Made by a program: the position numbers and the translations under genes. Of a DNA stretch of 64,000 bases, positions 1 through 9,731 are shown piece by piece. This stretch comes from an uncultured virus (IMG/VR IMGVR_UViG_3300025697_003303) (Duplodnaviria; Heunggongvirae; Uroviricota; Caudoviricetes), in IMG/VR virus record IMGVR_UViG_3300025697_003303; one strand, given 5' to 3'. Under the pieces are notes generated by a model, which was given only the letters and a program-made list of their open reading frames with translations, ran no database searches and was not told the DNA's origin. Each line of letters starts with the position of its first letter. The stretch's first letter is position 1.

Positions 1-714
1 ATTAACATATTTCCATCCACCATATATATTGCGATTAACAACAACTGGTCTAGAATTTACAATTGATTCTGTTATTATTCTTGGGCTACTATCAGCAGTA
101 TTAGGGAAAAGAACAAATTTTGCGGAAGTTATAACGGAAGATAATTTATTATCGGTAAAAAGCTTATGTTTTGTTTCAATGTTCGTGAAACTTTTCCACT
201 CATTTTTTGCTATCTTTAAAAGATTTTTATAGATAGGTCTTTTATACTTTTTTGAGTCATTAATGCAATAGTCAACAATAAGTCCATTTAGCCCAAGCTC
301 CCTAGCCGCTCTGTCTATCAAACGAAGCATATAAAGACCCTTACATTTAATACCTTGCCTAGATAAAAGTGTAAAATAAACAAAATCATATTTAGGAATT
401 TTAGACGGATTTCCTACAGCAGTCAAAAGATCATCACAAAAATCTGATTCAGATAATAAATATTGTGGAACAGATGGAGGCAAATGAGTTTTAATCCTAA
501 ACGGATGACAAATAGCCTTTATCTTCTTAGACCAAGTTATATTTTTTTCTGCAAATCTATAATCACAAGAAATACAAATACCAACTTTTTTTATCTTTTT
601 GTTCTGTACTTCAGCACCAAAAGGTTTTCTCATCAACGTAATATCTAAATTAGTGATTTTCCCACCTTTAGTAACTGCTATAAGTTTTTTAAAACTATCA
701 GGCTTTACACGCAT
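1..714 (-). CDS. Glycosyltransferase, GT-B/GT4-like, partial (runs off window start)
   Basis: Not in ORF track. Manual translation from ATG at 714 (AAGGA upstream) is open to base 1 and ends ...FVLFPNTADSSPRIITESIVNSRPVVVNRNIYGGWKYVN, resembling the GT-B C-terminal motif. Confidence 0.7.
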   Translation of the reverse strand, partial: MRVKPDSFKKLIAVTKGGKITNLDITLMRKPFGAEVQNKKIKKVGICISCDYRFAEKNITWSKKIKAICHPFRIKTHLPPSVPQYLLSESDFCDDLLTAVGNPSKIPKYDFVYFTLLSRQGIKCKGLYMLRLIDRAARELGLNGLIVDYCINDSKKYKRPIYKNLLKIAKNEWKSFTNIETKHKLFTDNKLSSVITSAKFVLFPNTADSSPRIITESIVNSRPVVVNRNIYGGWKYVN

Positions 715-766
715 TAATTTTTCCTTTTATTCAAGAAAATCTGTTTTTCTTTTCTCTATTTTACTA

Positions 767-1405
767 TCATCTTTTAGTTGCAACAAAAATAGGCCAATTT
801 GTTTTCTTGTGATATATCTTATCTATATCAAATCCATTTTGTTTCAAGAATTTAGATATACTCTTTACCGTATACAGCCCAAACCTATTGTTCGTTTTAT
901 TTTTGTCTTTCCTTGCACTACATATAAATATCTCAGCGTCTTCCATTATATCAAGAAGGACATCTATATCTTTATTGTCGAGGTGATAGAGAACCTGGCA
1001 TGCCAAAATCCCTTTGATATTATACAAATCGTTATTTTTAAAACCATTAAGTTTTTCATTCCTAAAAAATATTCTAGTGGTATCAAATCCCCTCTTCTTG
1101 AAAAATGTTTTTGTAATAAGAGCATTCCTATAAAATGTCTCGTTGAATTCCACTCCAATAACTTTGTCAAACTTCATAGACGCTACCACAGATAATATCC
1201 CATTATTACAACCAATATCAACTATTCCAAACGGATACTTTTCAGATATGTCACGCATAACATCAAGTGCATTCTTAAACCTTTTGTTAATCTTTTGATA
1301 GTGGCGAATCTTCTCTTTAGACTTAGGAAACTCTACATTCCATGCTCTTACTAATTTGTTATATATACCAGACAGATACTTCGTACTCAGTAAATCTTTT
1401 GTCAT
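767..1405 (-). CDS. Class I SAM-dependent methyltransferase
   Basis: IVDIGCNNG motif I, VIGVEFN, QVLYHL. Confidence 0.8.
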   Translation of the reverse strand: MTKDLLSTKYLSGIYNKLVRAWNVEFPKSKEKIRHYQKINKRFKNALDVMRDISEKYPFGIVDIGCNNGILSVVASMKFDKVIGVEFNETFYRNALITKTFFKKRGFDTTRIFFRNEKLNGFKNNDLYNIKGILACQVLYHLDNKDIDVLLDIMEDAEIFICSARKDKNKTNNRFGLYTVKSISKFLKQNGFDIDKIYHKKTNWPIFVATKR

Positions 1406-2109
1406 TGTAGCAACTCCAAACCAGATAAATCTGTTTTTCTTTTCTCTATTTTTGCTTTTACTATTTTTTGCAATTTATCATTAATCAATAACTTAGCTTT
1501 AGATTTATGCATTTGCTTTCCGTGTTTTCTATATATGGCTACATGATCATTAACCCATCCTGTTTTAAAACCATGATTAAAAACCCTATAAAACATTTCC
1601 CTATCACTTTTAGATCTAAGAGATTCATCATATAAGCCTATTTTCCTATGTATATCTTTCAAAAGCATAACACCTTGAGCATGAACATATTTAGGATTTT
1701 TTGTCTTCTTCCATTTTTTTGTCATTCTAGATTCGCTTAATGCACCTTTTGAAAGATCTATAACAGGACCGTGAACGAAATCATATCCCATTTCTATTTT
1801 TTTCAACCTTATAGATAAACTATTTTCCGTCAACATGTCATCAGCATCAAGCATAACTAAAACTTCTGATGTAGCATTTTTTATCCCTATATTTTTCGCA
1901 TATGAATAACCTCTGTTCTCATCCAATTTTATATATTTAAGTCTATCTGTTTTGAATTTTCTAATTACACTATAAGGATTATCTGTAGATGAATCGTCTA
2001 CAACGATCATTTCTGAATCCTTAATATCTTGAGAGAGAAAAGACTTAATTGCCGGTCCTATATATCTCTTATAATTGTATAGGGTTGTTACCACCGTAAC
2101 ACGCATCAT
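1402..2109 (-). CDS. Glycosyltransferase family 2
   Basis: VTVVTTLYN, VVDDSSTD, LDADD. Start moved to ATG 2109 behind GAGGAG. Confidence 0.9.
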   Translation of the reverse strand: MMRVTVVTTLYNYKRYIGPAIKSFLSQDIKDSEMIVVDDSSTDNPYSVIRKFKTDRLKYIKLDENRGYSYAKNIGIKNATSEVLVMLDADDMLTENSLSIRLKKIEMGYDFVHGPVIDLSKGALSESRMTKKWKKTKNPKYVHAQGVMLLKDIHRKIGLYDESLRSKSDREMFYRVFNHGFKTGWVNDHVAIYRKHGKQMHKSKAKLLINDKLQKIVKAKIEKRKTDLSGLELLQ

Positions 2110-3013
2110 ATACTCCTCTAATAACGTTAGCATATTTCTCAGCAACTTTTTTAATATCTAAATCTGGTCTATTGGGTTTTGTCTTAATTTTGATCAATTC
2201 ATGTATCCCATTAGCAACAATCTTTGGATCCAGATTATCAAACTTTTGCTTTAATATCTTTTTATTTTTCCACTTATCTACATTCAATATAACACCATCA
2301 GAGTTAACGAGTTCTGGCGTTCCCCCTAGATTTGTACAAAGAACATTAAGACCGCATGCTAAGCCCTCTATAACAGCATTCGGACAAGAATCTATATGAC
2401 AAAGATGAATTTGATAATCACATGCCTTCATTATAGATATAACATCTTCTGGACTTTTAGCTCCAACATAATGAACATATTTTGATTCAAATTTTTCAGT
2501 TACATTATCACCAACTATATATAAATGGTTCTTTAAATTAGCCTCTAAAAATCCTTTAATTATTGAATTGGGTCTTTTATTATCTCTCCATCTGTGGCTT
2601 GAAGCAACAAAAGAACCTGGTTCTATAGATATGTCCTTAGCTATAGACTTAACAAAATCAAAATCAATACCATTATATATAACCTTAGACGGTTTTCTAA
2701 CTCCCAAAAAGTGATGACACATTTGCCTAGAAAAAGAAGACTGATATATAACATATTTTGATCTTTTGACATTATCTCTCAACGGATCGTTAGGAGCAGT
2801 ACTATTCAAATAATAACATCCATCCATTCTAGCTATACAAGGTTTTTTATGTTTATGCAACTGTCGAATAAATGTCAACTCTATATCAAACGGTAATTTT
2901 CTTTTTGTAACAATTTCTATATCATCAAAAAGATTTAGACTGTTAGCAATTCTTGATCGAAATACTGCTGGCCCACCCTTAAATTTTTCCATTGAAATAT
3001 ATAACTTTATCAT
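2069..3013 (-). CDS. Glycosyltransferase family 4
   Basis: IYNGID, DSCPNAVIEGLACGLNVLCTNLGGTPELV. Paralog of 3792..4733. Confidence 0.9.
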   Translation of the reverse strand: MIKLYISMEKFKGGPAVFRSRIANSLNLFDDIEIVTKRKLPFDIELTFIRQLHKHKKPCIARMDGCYYLNSTAPNDPLRDNVKRSKYVIYQSSFSRQMCHHFLGVRKPSKVIYNGIDFDFVKSIAKDISIEPGSFVASSHRWRDNKRPNSIIKGFLEANLKNHLYIVGDNVTEKFESKYVHYVGAKSPEDVISIMKACDYQIHLCHIDSCPNAVIEGLACGLNVLCTNLGGTPELVNSDGVILNVDKWKNKKILKQKFDNLDPKIVANGIHELIKIKTKPNRPDLDIKKVAEKYANVIRGVYDACYGGNNPIQL

Positions 3014-4142
3014 TTTTCACCTGGTTTGTGATAGATAATATTATATGGTTTATAATTATACTTTTTTCTTCTATTTATAGCCTCTTTAATTATTCTACCC
3101 CACACCTGACGAGTAGGTGCCCCAGAAGTGGTAATGGAATGAGATTTTCTTTGTCGATATCTATAACATATAGTTTTAGAAAATAGTCCTATCCCAAGTT
3201 CTTCTAATCTATATCCCATATACTTATCAACAGAACATCTAAGTCCCGCTTTAAATATCTTATCAGGACGAGGACACCTATTAGAAAATGTTCTCCAATG
3301 AGAAAACCCATGTTGTTTTTTTATTCCCAATTGTAATAAACTTTTATACTTGCCAGGATGCCTACTCATACCCTTTTTTTGTGATATCATTTTTATATTA
3401 CATATTTGAAATTGTGTATAAATATATGTAACCTCTGGATATCCTTCGTATAGATCCATAACATGCTCAACTGCACCAGCTTTTAACATATCATCAGCAT
3501 CAAGGACTCCCATAAAATCTCCATTAGAGTGTAATCTGCATATTTCATATGAGCTTGCACAATACTTTCTTTTTTTGTTCTTAATATACTTAATATCTAT
3601 ATTATTTTTCACAAAATTATTTTTAAGCTTACGAATAGTATTTTTTGTTTTATTTCCATCATTAGAACAATCGTCTACAATGACAACTTCAAGTGGTCGA
3701 TATGTTTGTTGTAGTATGGACCTGGCCCAGTCATTAAGATATTTAGAACAATTATATGATGCTGTCATTATTGTGAAAAGTTTGTTCATTTTTATTTATT
3801 TACTGACCTTTTAATGGAGTTCGCATACATTGATGCTGTTATATTTATATCGACATCAATGCGACAACATCTTTCTTTTTTCTCAAGAATGTCATTGATA
3901 CCGTTAGACACAACATCAACTGGTAAATTATCAAGAATTTTAAACTTTTTGACTTTAAAATTCCATTTATCTACATCTAATATGACACCATCAGAAGCAA
4001 CAAGCTCTGGCGTTCCCCCTAGATTCGTACAAAGGACATTAAGACCGCATGCTAAACCCTCTATAACAGCATTTGGACAAGAATCTATATGACAAAGATG
4101 AATTTGATAGTCACATGCTTTCATTATAGATATAATATCTTC
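2314..4142. repeat. Dispersed 136-bp near-identical repeat (2314..2449 and 4007..4142) inside the two GT4 paralogs
   Basis: Manual alignment gives 7 mismatches in 136 bp, all transitions. Confidence 0.9.
3010..3789 (-). CDS. Glycosyltransferase family 2
   Basis: TIMTASYN, VDDCSND, LDADD. Paralog of 7066..7863. Confidence 0.9.
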   Translation of the reverse strand: MNKLFTIMTASYNCSKYLNDWARSILQQTYRPLEVVIVDDCSNDGNKTKNTIRKLKNNFVKNNIDIKYIKNKKRKYCASSYEICRLHSNGDFMGVLDADDMLKAGAVEHVMDLYEGYPEVTYIYTQFQICNIKMISQKKGMSRHPGKYKSLLQLGIKKQHGFSHWRTFSNRCPRPDKIFKAGLRCSVDKYMGYRLEELGIGLFSKTICYRYRQRKSHSITTSGAPTRQVWGRIIKEAINRRKKYNYKPYNIIYHKPGEK

Positions 4143-4733
4143 GCTAGAATTCTTACCAAGGAAATGTATAAAATTACTTTTATATTTAAATGGAATATCA
4201 TCATCTTTAAACTCACCTATAAAATACAAATGCCTACCAGTATTAGCCTCTAAAAATCCTCGTATTATCGACAACGGTCTTTTATTATCTCTCCCTCTCC
4301 AATTAGAACAAGCAACAAACGATCCTGGAACTATTTTATCACTTGCATCTATACTTTTAACCCATTTTAAATCTATGCCATTTTTTATTATATCATAAGG
4401 CTTGTTCCCAAATTTTAACAATTTCTTACACATCCTATATGAAAATTCAGACTGGAATATAAGATGTTTTGCATTTTTAATTGTTTTGATAATAGGAATA
4501 TTTTTATTGAAAACTTTCTTCCTATAATAACATCCATCTAACCTTACAATATAATTACCTTTATGCTTAGTTTTTTTTTCTACAATAACAAACTCGGTAT
4601 CAAAATTAGATTTTTCTTTATATGTGATCGAAATACCATCTTGTTTTTTTAAAAAAGGCAAAATCCTATCAAGAAAAACCCTTGGACCACCAGAAAAATT
4701 TGGTCTACGTAAAAATATTGTAACATTTTTCAA
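3792..4733 (-). CDS. Glycosyltransferase family 4 (TTG start)
   Basis: IKNGID, DSCPNAVIEGLACG...GGTPELV. Confidence 0.9.
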   Translation of the reverse strand: MKNVTIFLRRPNFSGGPRVFLDRILPFLKKQDGISITYKEKSNFDTEFVIVEKKTKHKGNYIVRLDGCYYRKKVFNKNIPIIKTIKNAKHLIFQSEFSYRMCKKLLKFGNKPYDIIKNGIDLKWVKSIDASDKIVPGSFVACSNWRGRDNKRPLSIIRGFLEANTGRHLYFIGEFKDDDIPFKYKSNFIHFLGKNSSEDIISIMKACDYQIHLCHIDSCPNAVIEGLACGLNVLCTNLGGTPELVASDGVILDVDKWNFKVKKFKILDNLPVDVVSNGINDILEKKERCCRIDVDINITASMYANSIKRSVNK

Positions 4734-4828
4734 AACGATCCTTTTTATTTATACTACAAAATACTATCTTTAACGAAAATCGTCAAACTTAAATATTTTA
4801 TAAAGCATGCGGTATTATTTTTAAGCTC

Positions 4829-5668
4829 CTAAGCAAAATCAACGTAATACCATCTTTTTTCTTTTTTATCATATAATATATTGCCATATTTCCTTTGAAG
4901 ATTTTTCAAAAAAGCCGACTTTCCCGATCTCATAGATTTCCATATTTTATTTCTTCTTACTTCTTTTTCTATGGTTTTACAAAATATTTTAAAATAATGT
5001 TTCGTAAACCTAGGATTTTCAGCAGAAAAACCATCACCATATAAAACATCTTTTTCTTCATTACTAAGTAAATACGCTGTATACCTTTTATCTGTCCACA
5101 ACTTAGTAAAAATAGACATAACTATATCTCGATTTTTTTCGCATAAATTAAAATCAAAAGAAGGAGTCACTATCCTTTTAGTAACAATTCCTATAGATTT
5201 ATAATTTAGTGTCTTTACTTTTACAACGTTATTTACACTACCTCTTACATAAAAGATGTCAATATTAATATTAACATTACATGTGCCAAATATTTTTGGG
5301 TATATTTTTTTATCTGATAAGCGATATGCACATTTAATATAATTTGATATAAAAGTATTTCCTGGCTTCTTCATACCAGGTATCAATGACATAAAAACAG
5401 ACACACCTTTTTTTTCTACCATTGGATAATAGAATTTCTTTCTTCCATAATAACCAAAAAACTTGCCGTCCTTAAAAGCTAAATTGCTTGGTGAAGATAT
5501 TAATAACGATTTATATAGTTTCATCTTCGATTGTAATTTAAGAATAGCTTCATGTAAACTGTCTTTTCTGGGAATGATGTCTCCAAGAAGCCCATCCTCT
5601 TTAACAAAAGCGGCTCGAATACCACATACAATTTTACCAGATATATTAATACACTTTTTTTTAATCAT
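4829..5668 (-). CDS. Hypothetical protein, possibly a degenerate kinase-like fold
   Basis: 279-aa ORF in operon context. C-terminal GNILYD...WYYVDFA loosely resembles kinase catalytic-loop/DFG segments. Confidence 0.5.
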   Translation of the reverse strand: MIKKKCINISGKIVCGIRAAFVKEDGLLGDIIPRKDSLHEAILKLQSKMKLYKSLLISSPSNLAFKDGKFFGYYGRKKFYYPMVEKKGVSVFMSLIPGMKKPGNTFISNYIKCAYRLSDKKIYPKIFGTCNVNINIDIFYVRGSVNNVVKVKTLNYKSIGIVTKRIVTPSFDFNLCEKNRDIVMSIFTKLWTDKRYTAYLLSNEEKDVLYGDGFSAENPRFTKHYFKIFCKTIEKEVRRNKIWKSMRSGKSAFLKNLQRKYGNILYDKKEKRWYYVDFA

Positions 5669-6174
5669 TTTAGAACGCCATATATAGCTTCAGCTTTTTG
5701 AAAAAAACCACCAGGAATACCATAAGCCTCATTTTCAAAAACTTTTTTAATAATAATCCTACTCTCTAAAAGAGATCTAATATCAGCGACTTTTTTCCTT
5801 GCCACTATTTTATCATAATTATGGTCTGCATAGCTTATGAGTACCTTTCCATCTTTACGAAGAACCCTACAAATCTCAGAAAGTACAATAGGCATATCAG
5901 TAATATAAAATGACCAATTCATAAAAACTAGATCAATTGAAGCGTCTCCAAGCGGTATATCTTCTCCTTTAGCATTGAAATCAACCTTTTTTTTAAACTT
6001 TGGATCTGGGTCCACTCTTATCATCTTTTTACAATTTATATAAGATTTATATGAATGCCCCTCAGAATCTTTATCTCTCCCACATCCAAGATTTAATACA
6101 ATGCCAAATTTTTTGTGTTTCAAAATCTTTTTAAGCCATTTGTTGTGCTTTTGCCTTAATTTAGTTGCCATCAT
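5665..6174 (-). CDS. Class I SAM-dependent methyltransferase (type 11-like)
   Basis: VLNLGCG, IPLGDASIDLV, EICRVLRKDG. Confidence 0.85.
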   Translation of the reverse strand: MMATKLRQKHNKWLKKILKHKKFGIVLNLGCGRDKDSEGHSYKSYINCKKMIRVDPDPKFKKKVDFNAKGEDIPLGDASIDLVFMNWSFYITDMPIVLSEICRVLRKDGKVLISYADHNYDKIVARKKVADIRSLLESRIIIKKVFENEAYGIPGGFFQKAEAIYGVLK

Positions 6175-6782
6175 ATCTCCATAAAAAACGTATTTTTATA
6201 TGTATTAAATTCACCATCCCCAAAATTAAGTATTTTTAAACCATTATTCATAAAAAAAGATGCCCAGCGATCAAGATCCCATACAGTCAAATGGAGTGTG
6301 CCTTTTTTATCCAGCGTAGTATGTACCCTGATAAGAAAATATTTACTTGTAACACGTATTGCTTCTTCTATAGCAAATTTCAGATCTTTTGCTCTAATAT
6401 GTTCATAGACATCTGTTGACATGTAAAGGTCAAAAGAATTATCATTAAACTTAGATAAATCAGTTGCAGAAGATCGTTTACAATTAAGTTTATGTTTCTT
6501 GCAATGTTTCACAACAATCTTAGAAACATCTTGTCTTATTTGTACCTCTGACTGGTACAACACTTTTCCGTTACTTTTAACGGCACAACCAATAAACTTA
6601 GAACCAGTATCCATACCAGCTACAATCTCCTGTTTATAAGAACTACTACCAAACAATAGTTTAATAGTAAAAGGAGTACGACTAACGACTTTAGCTTCAC
6701 CACTTTTCAACAATTTCCTAGCAATACATGGTGAACAAGGCATCATTGGTTCATCTTTACAGTTTTTAACGTATACTAACAT
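6171..6782 (-). pseudogene. iscB: Chimeric ORF: IscB N-terminus (PLMP + RuvC-I) fused in frame to the C-terminal half of a SAM methyltransferase
   Basis: MLVYVKN..PMMPCSPCIARKLLKSGEAKVVSRTPFTIKL...AGMDTGSK is an IscB/RRXRR N-terminus. After DVSK (6519..6530) the sequence reads SATDLSKFNDNSFDL..STDVYEHI..EAIRV, which is methyltransferase-like. Confidence 0.85.
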
Positions 6783-7100
6783 AAAGCATACCTCTGACTG
6801 AAAACAGAGTAATGTGTATCTGTAGATTCGAAGTTTCTACAGAATCCAACTTCACCTCGACCAGATAATAAAAGGTTTAACGTTACAAACACTGTCTCTA
6901 CTTCACAAGACTGTTTAATTTGTAACCAAAGAGGAAAGTACTGGTGCGTCATACTTTCGTTTCTAATTTCTTTCTTATCGTTTACTAACAACTTTTTAAT
7001 TTCTCCTGTGTTAGTGGTCTGGTCAACTTAACCTCTTTCGAGGTTCTCTCTGTCAGTTGGGGCTTTTACAAGCCCCTTCCTTTAGGGAGGGGTAGTTGAC
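6783..7100 (-). ncRNA. IscB-associated omega-RNA (HEARO-like) scaffold, copy 1
   Basis: Starts GTCAACTACCCCTCCCTAAAGGAAGGGGCTTG, then GTTGACCAGACC and several hairpins. Lies directly upstream of the iscB ATG and covaries with copy 2. Confidence 0.88.
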
Positions 7101-7863
7101 TATGCCTAACAATTTTAAATGGTTTTAAATTATATTTTTTACGTCTTGCGACAGCATCATTCTTAACTACCTTCCATTGATGCATAGCTTTCTCTACTTT
7201 AGAAATAGCACCAGGAGATCCCATTCGATAATTATAGCAAATCCTGTCAGTAAACATGCCTAAAGCGAACTCTTCAAGTCTGTATCCCATATATTTATCG
7301 ACAGAAGATCTCAATCCAACCCCCCAGATCTTGTCAAGCCTAGGATGACGCTTAGAGAACGTTCTCCAATGAGAATATGTGTGTTTACCTCTTAACCCAA
7401 GACTTAACATACTTTCTCCTCTCTTCGGAGCCGAACAAAATCCTCTCCTTAAAAACTTCATTTTTTTATTAAACATATTAAATTGAGTATATATCCATGT
7501 AATATTAGGATGTTTTTTATACAAATCAACAATATACTCTACAGCATCATCAACAAGAGCATCATCAGAATCTAAAACTCCAAAAAAAAAGCCTGACGAA
7601 TTTTCCCATGCTCTCTTATAAGAACTACCACAATATTTTCTAGTCTCATTAGATAGTATGTTTATATCTATATCATTGTCTATAAACCTATTTTTGATAT
7701 CCTTAATTTTAGATAAAGTGTCATCCTTAGAACAGTCATCAACGAAAATAACCTCAAGTGGTCTATATCTTTGTGCTAATATAGATTTAGCCCACGTATT
7801 GATAAACTTACTTGAATTATAAGCCGAAGTTAATATAGTGAATTTATTTCCATTTTTTTGCAT
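7066..7863 (-). CDS. Glycosyltransferase family 2; last 11 aa derive from the inserted element end
   Basis: TILTSAYN, VDDCSKD, LDSDD. C-terminal SQLPLPKGRGL is the translation of the omega-RNA 5' end. Confidence 0.9.
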   Translation of the reverse strand: MQKNGNKFTILTSAYNSSKFINTWAKSILAQRYRPLEVIFVDDCSKDDTLSKIKDIKNRFIDNDIDINILSNETRKYCGSSYKRAWENSSGFFFGVLDSDDALVDDAVEYIVDLYKKHPNITWIYTQFNMFNKKMKFLRRGFCSAPKRGESMLSLGLRGKHTYSHWRTFSKRHPRLDKIWGVGLRSSVDKYMGYRLEEFALGMFTDRICYNYRMGSPGAISKVEKAMHQWKVVKNDAVARRKKYNLKPFKIVRHSQLPLPKGRGL

Positions 7864-8923
7864 AATAAATACTTTCAATTAATTTCAAATAATTCTCAGA
7901 CATTTTTTTAGAACTCAAACAATCTCGAAAATGTTCTCTTGTTGTTTTTTTAAGTTCATTCAGTTTATTAGTATCTTCACATAATTTTCTGAGTATCTCA
8001 CGAGCATGATTTTTTGTTTTAAATACATATCCATTAACACCTTCCTCTATGACCTCTTTATTTCCGTAATGATTACTACAAATAACTGGAACTCCACTAG
8101 CCAAAGCTTCAAGAACCGAAACACTTAAACCCTCTTGTTCATTAATTTGATATAAGAAAAGATCCCAAGTTTTAATAATAGAAACTTTTTCTTTAAAATC
8201 AGTCACAAAACCTCTAAAAACTATATCGTTACGTTTCTTTTTTATTTTCGAATAATATTTTTTAGCCTGTGTTAAAAACGGTCCCGCACCTATATAGTCA
8301 TGAACCATTTTTTTAGGAAGCTCAACAGTGGCACACCATTTTATCCAACCGTCAGAATACTTCCATCTATTAAAAGTATTAATTCTTCCAGTAACAATAG
8401 TATTCTTACGATCATACTCATCTGCGATAGGAACTATTTTATCATACCTCTCGAAATCAACTCCATTCATGACAACAGCCATCTTCCCTCTACATCGTTT
8501 TCTATGTTTTTGCATACCTGTTAACATACTGTGGCACACAGAAACTATGTAATTACATTTATGTATTTTTATTTTAAATTGAGGCTTTGCAAACGTATGA
8601 TTGATAACTATAATAGGAATGATATCAAATAATTTCTGATATACGCTAGTATCAGATCTTAATAACTTGTGATATATTAAAACACATGGCTTATGCTGAA
8701 CTATGGTCTGTATGAAGTTTTTTTCTTTTACGTTTGTGACTTTTACGCCATAAGAGGACTCCGCATTATTTCTAGCGATTTGACTACTCTTTCTACAATA
8801 AACTATTTGTTGATACTCTGAATGCTTGTTAACAGCATAAAAAGTTTCCATAAGCATAGTTTGTGCTCCACCTATATGAAAATTGTCAATATAATGTATT
8901 ATTTTAGGCTTAAGCTGTTTCAT
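7844..8923 (-). CDS. Glycosyltransferase family 4
   Basis: IGGAQTM, VMNGVD, EGLSVSVLEALASGVPVI..GNKEVIEEGVNGY. Confidence 0.92.
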   Translation of the reverse strand: MKQLKPKIIHYIDNFHIGGAQTMLMETFYAVNKHSEYQQIVYCRKSSQIARNNAESSYGVKVTNVKEKNFIQTIVQHKPCVLIYHKLLRSDTSVYQKLFDIIPIIVINHTFAKPQFKIKIHKCNYIVSVCHSMLTGMQKHRKRCRGKMAVVMNGVDFERYDKIVPIADEYDRKNTIVTGRINTFNRWKYSDGWIKWCATVELPKKMVHDYIGAGPFLTQAKKYYSKIKKKRNDIVFRGFVTDFKEKVSIIKTWDLFLYQINEQEGLSVSVLEALASGVPVICSNHYGNKEVIEEGVNGYVFKTKNHAREILRKLCEDTNKLNELKKTTREHFRDCLSSKKMSENYLKLIESIYYAKKWK

Positions 8924-8927
8924 TTTA

Positions 8928-9731
8928 TTAATCTAGATATACGCTTTTATCATATATCTTAATATGGTCTTTTAAAAGTGATTTTTCATTAAATGTATAT
9001 AATTTTTTACCAGTGACTTCTTCATATGATCTAACTAAATCACAAGTATATTTAGCAGTGTGATGCTTTGTCTCTAATCCTCTCCCCATAATTTGAGTAA
9101 TCGCCCTAAGAGCATTATCAGGCAACCAAAAATATCTATGATCATATAAATCAACGCCAACGAATATAACATTATCATAACCAAGATATGTAATGATATG
9201 CATAATACATGTCATAGTACAAAAATCATAAACTAATCCGTCAGTAAAAATATCGAGTTCCATCATCTTTTTAGAAACTACAGATTGTCTACGACCTCCC
9301 CCACCAAGCTTGTCTTCAAACTCTTTGAAAGCGGTTGGTGCGAAAATCTCTTTCAGAATAATACCAGTGTGATTAAACTTATTATAAACAGATTTGTGAG
9401 AATAAGTATTAATCTTTTTCCATCTAGGAGATGACTGAGCTAAATCGTCACATATAATACAAGACTTAGGATAAAACCTAGTTAAAAAGCTTACCAAAGT
9501 TCCCTGAGTTTCACCTCTCGTCGCAAAAGCTTTAGTCCCTTGCTCCCTCATAAAATAAAAAGTTGTCGGTATTTTTGATTTACATAGCCAGTTAAATCCT
9601 ACAGAATCGAATTGAGATAAGTGGATCTTATCTGCATCTGTAAGTTTTTTGATAGAGTTTCCACAACCGTAAACTACTATTGTATCACTCTTCTTATATC
9701 TTTTAAAATCTTTTTCGCCTATTCTATTCAT
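8928..9731 (-). CDS. Maf/DUF115-like putative nonulosonate transferase
   Basis: TIVVYGCGNSI, VGFNW, LGYDNVIFVGVDLY; neu genes nearby. Confidence 0.55.
   Translation of the reverse strand: MNRIGEKDFKRYKKSDTIVVYGCGNSIKKLTDADKIHLSQFDSVGFNWLCKSKIPTTFYFMREQGTKAFATRGETQGTLVSFLTRFYPKSCIICDDLAQSSPRWKKINTYSHKSVYNKFNHTGIILKEIFAPTAFKEFEDKLGGGGRRQSVVSKKMMELDIFTDGLVYDFCTMTCIMHIITYLGYDNVIFVGVDLYDHRYFWLPDNALRAITQIMGRGLETKHHTAKYTCDLVRSYEEVTGKKLYTFNEKSLLKDHIKIYDKSVYLD

Noticed and set aside
2314..4142. Possible diversity-generating retroelement TR/VR pair
   Set aside because: Mismatches are not adenine-specific and are mostly synonymous, both copies are coding, and no reverse transcriptase is present.
4746..4754. 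TATAAATA resembling a T4 late promoter upstream of the GT4 gene
   Set aside because: An all-AT 8-mer is expected by chance in this composition and does not recur before the structural genes.
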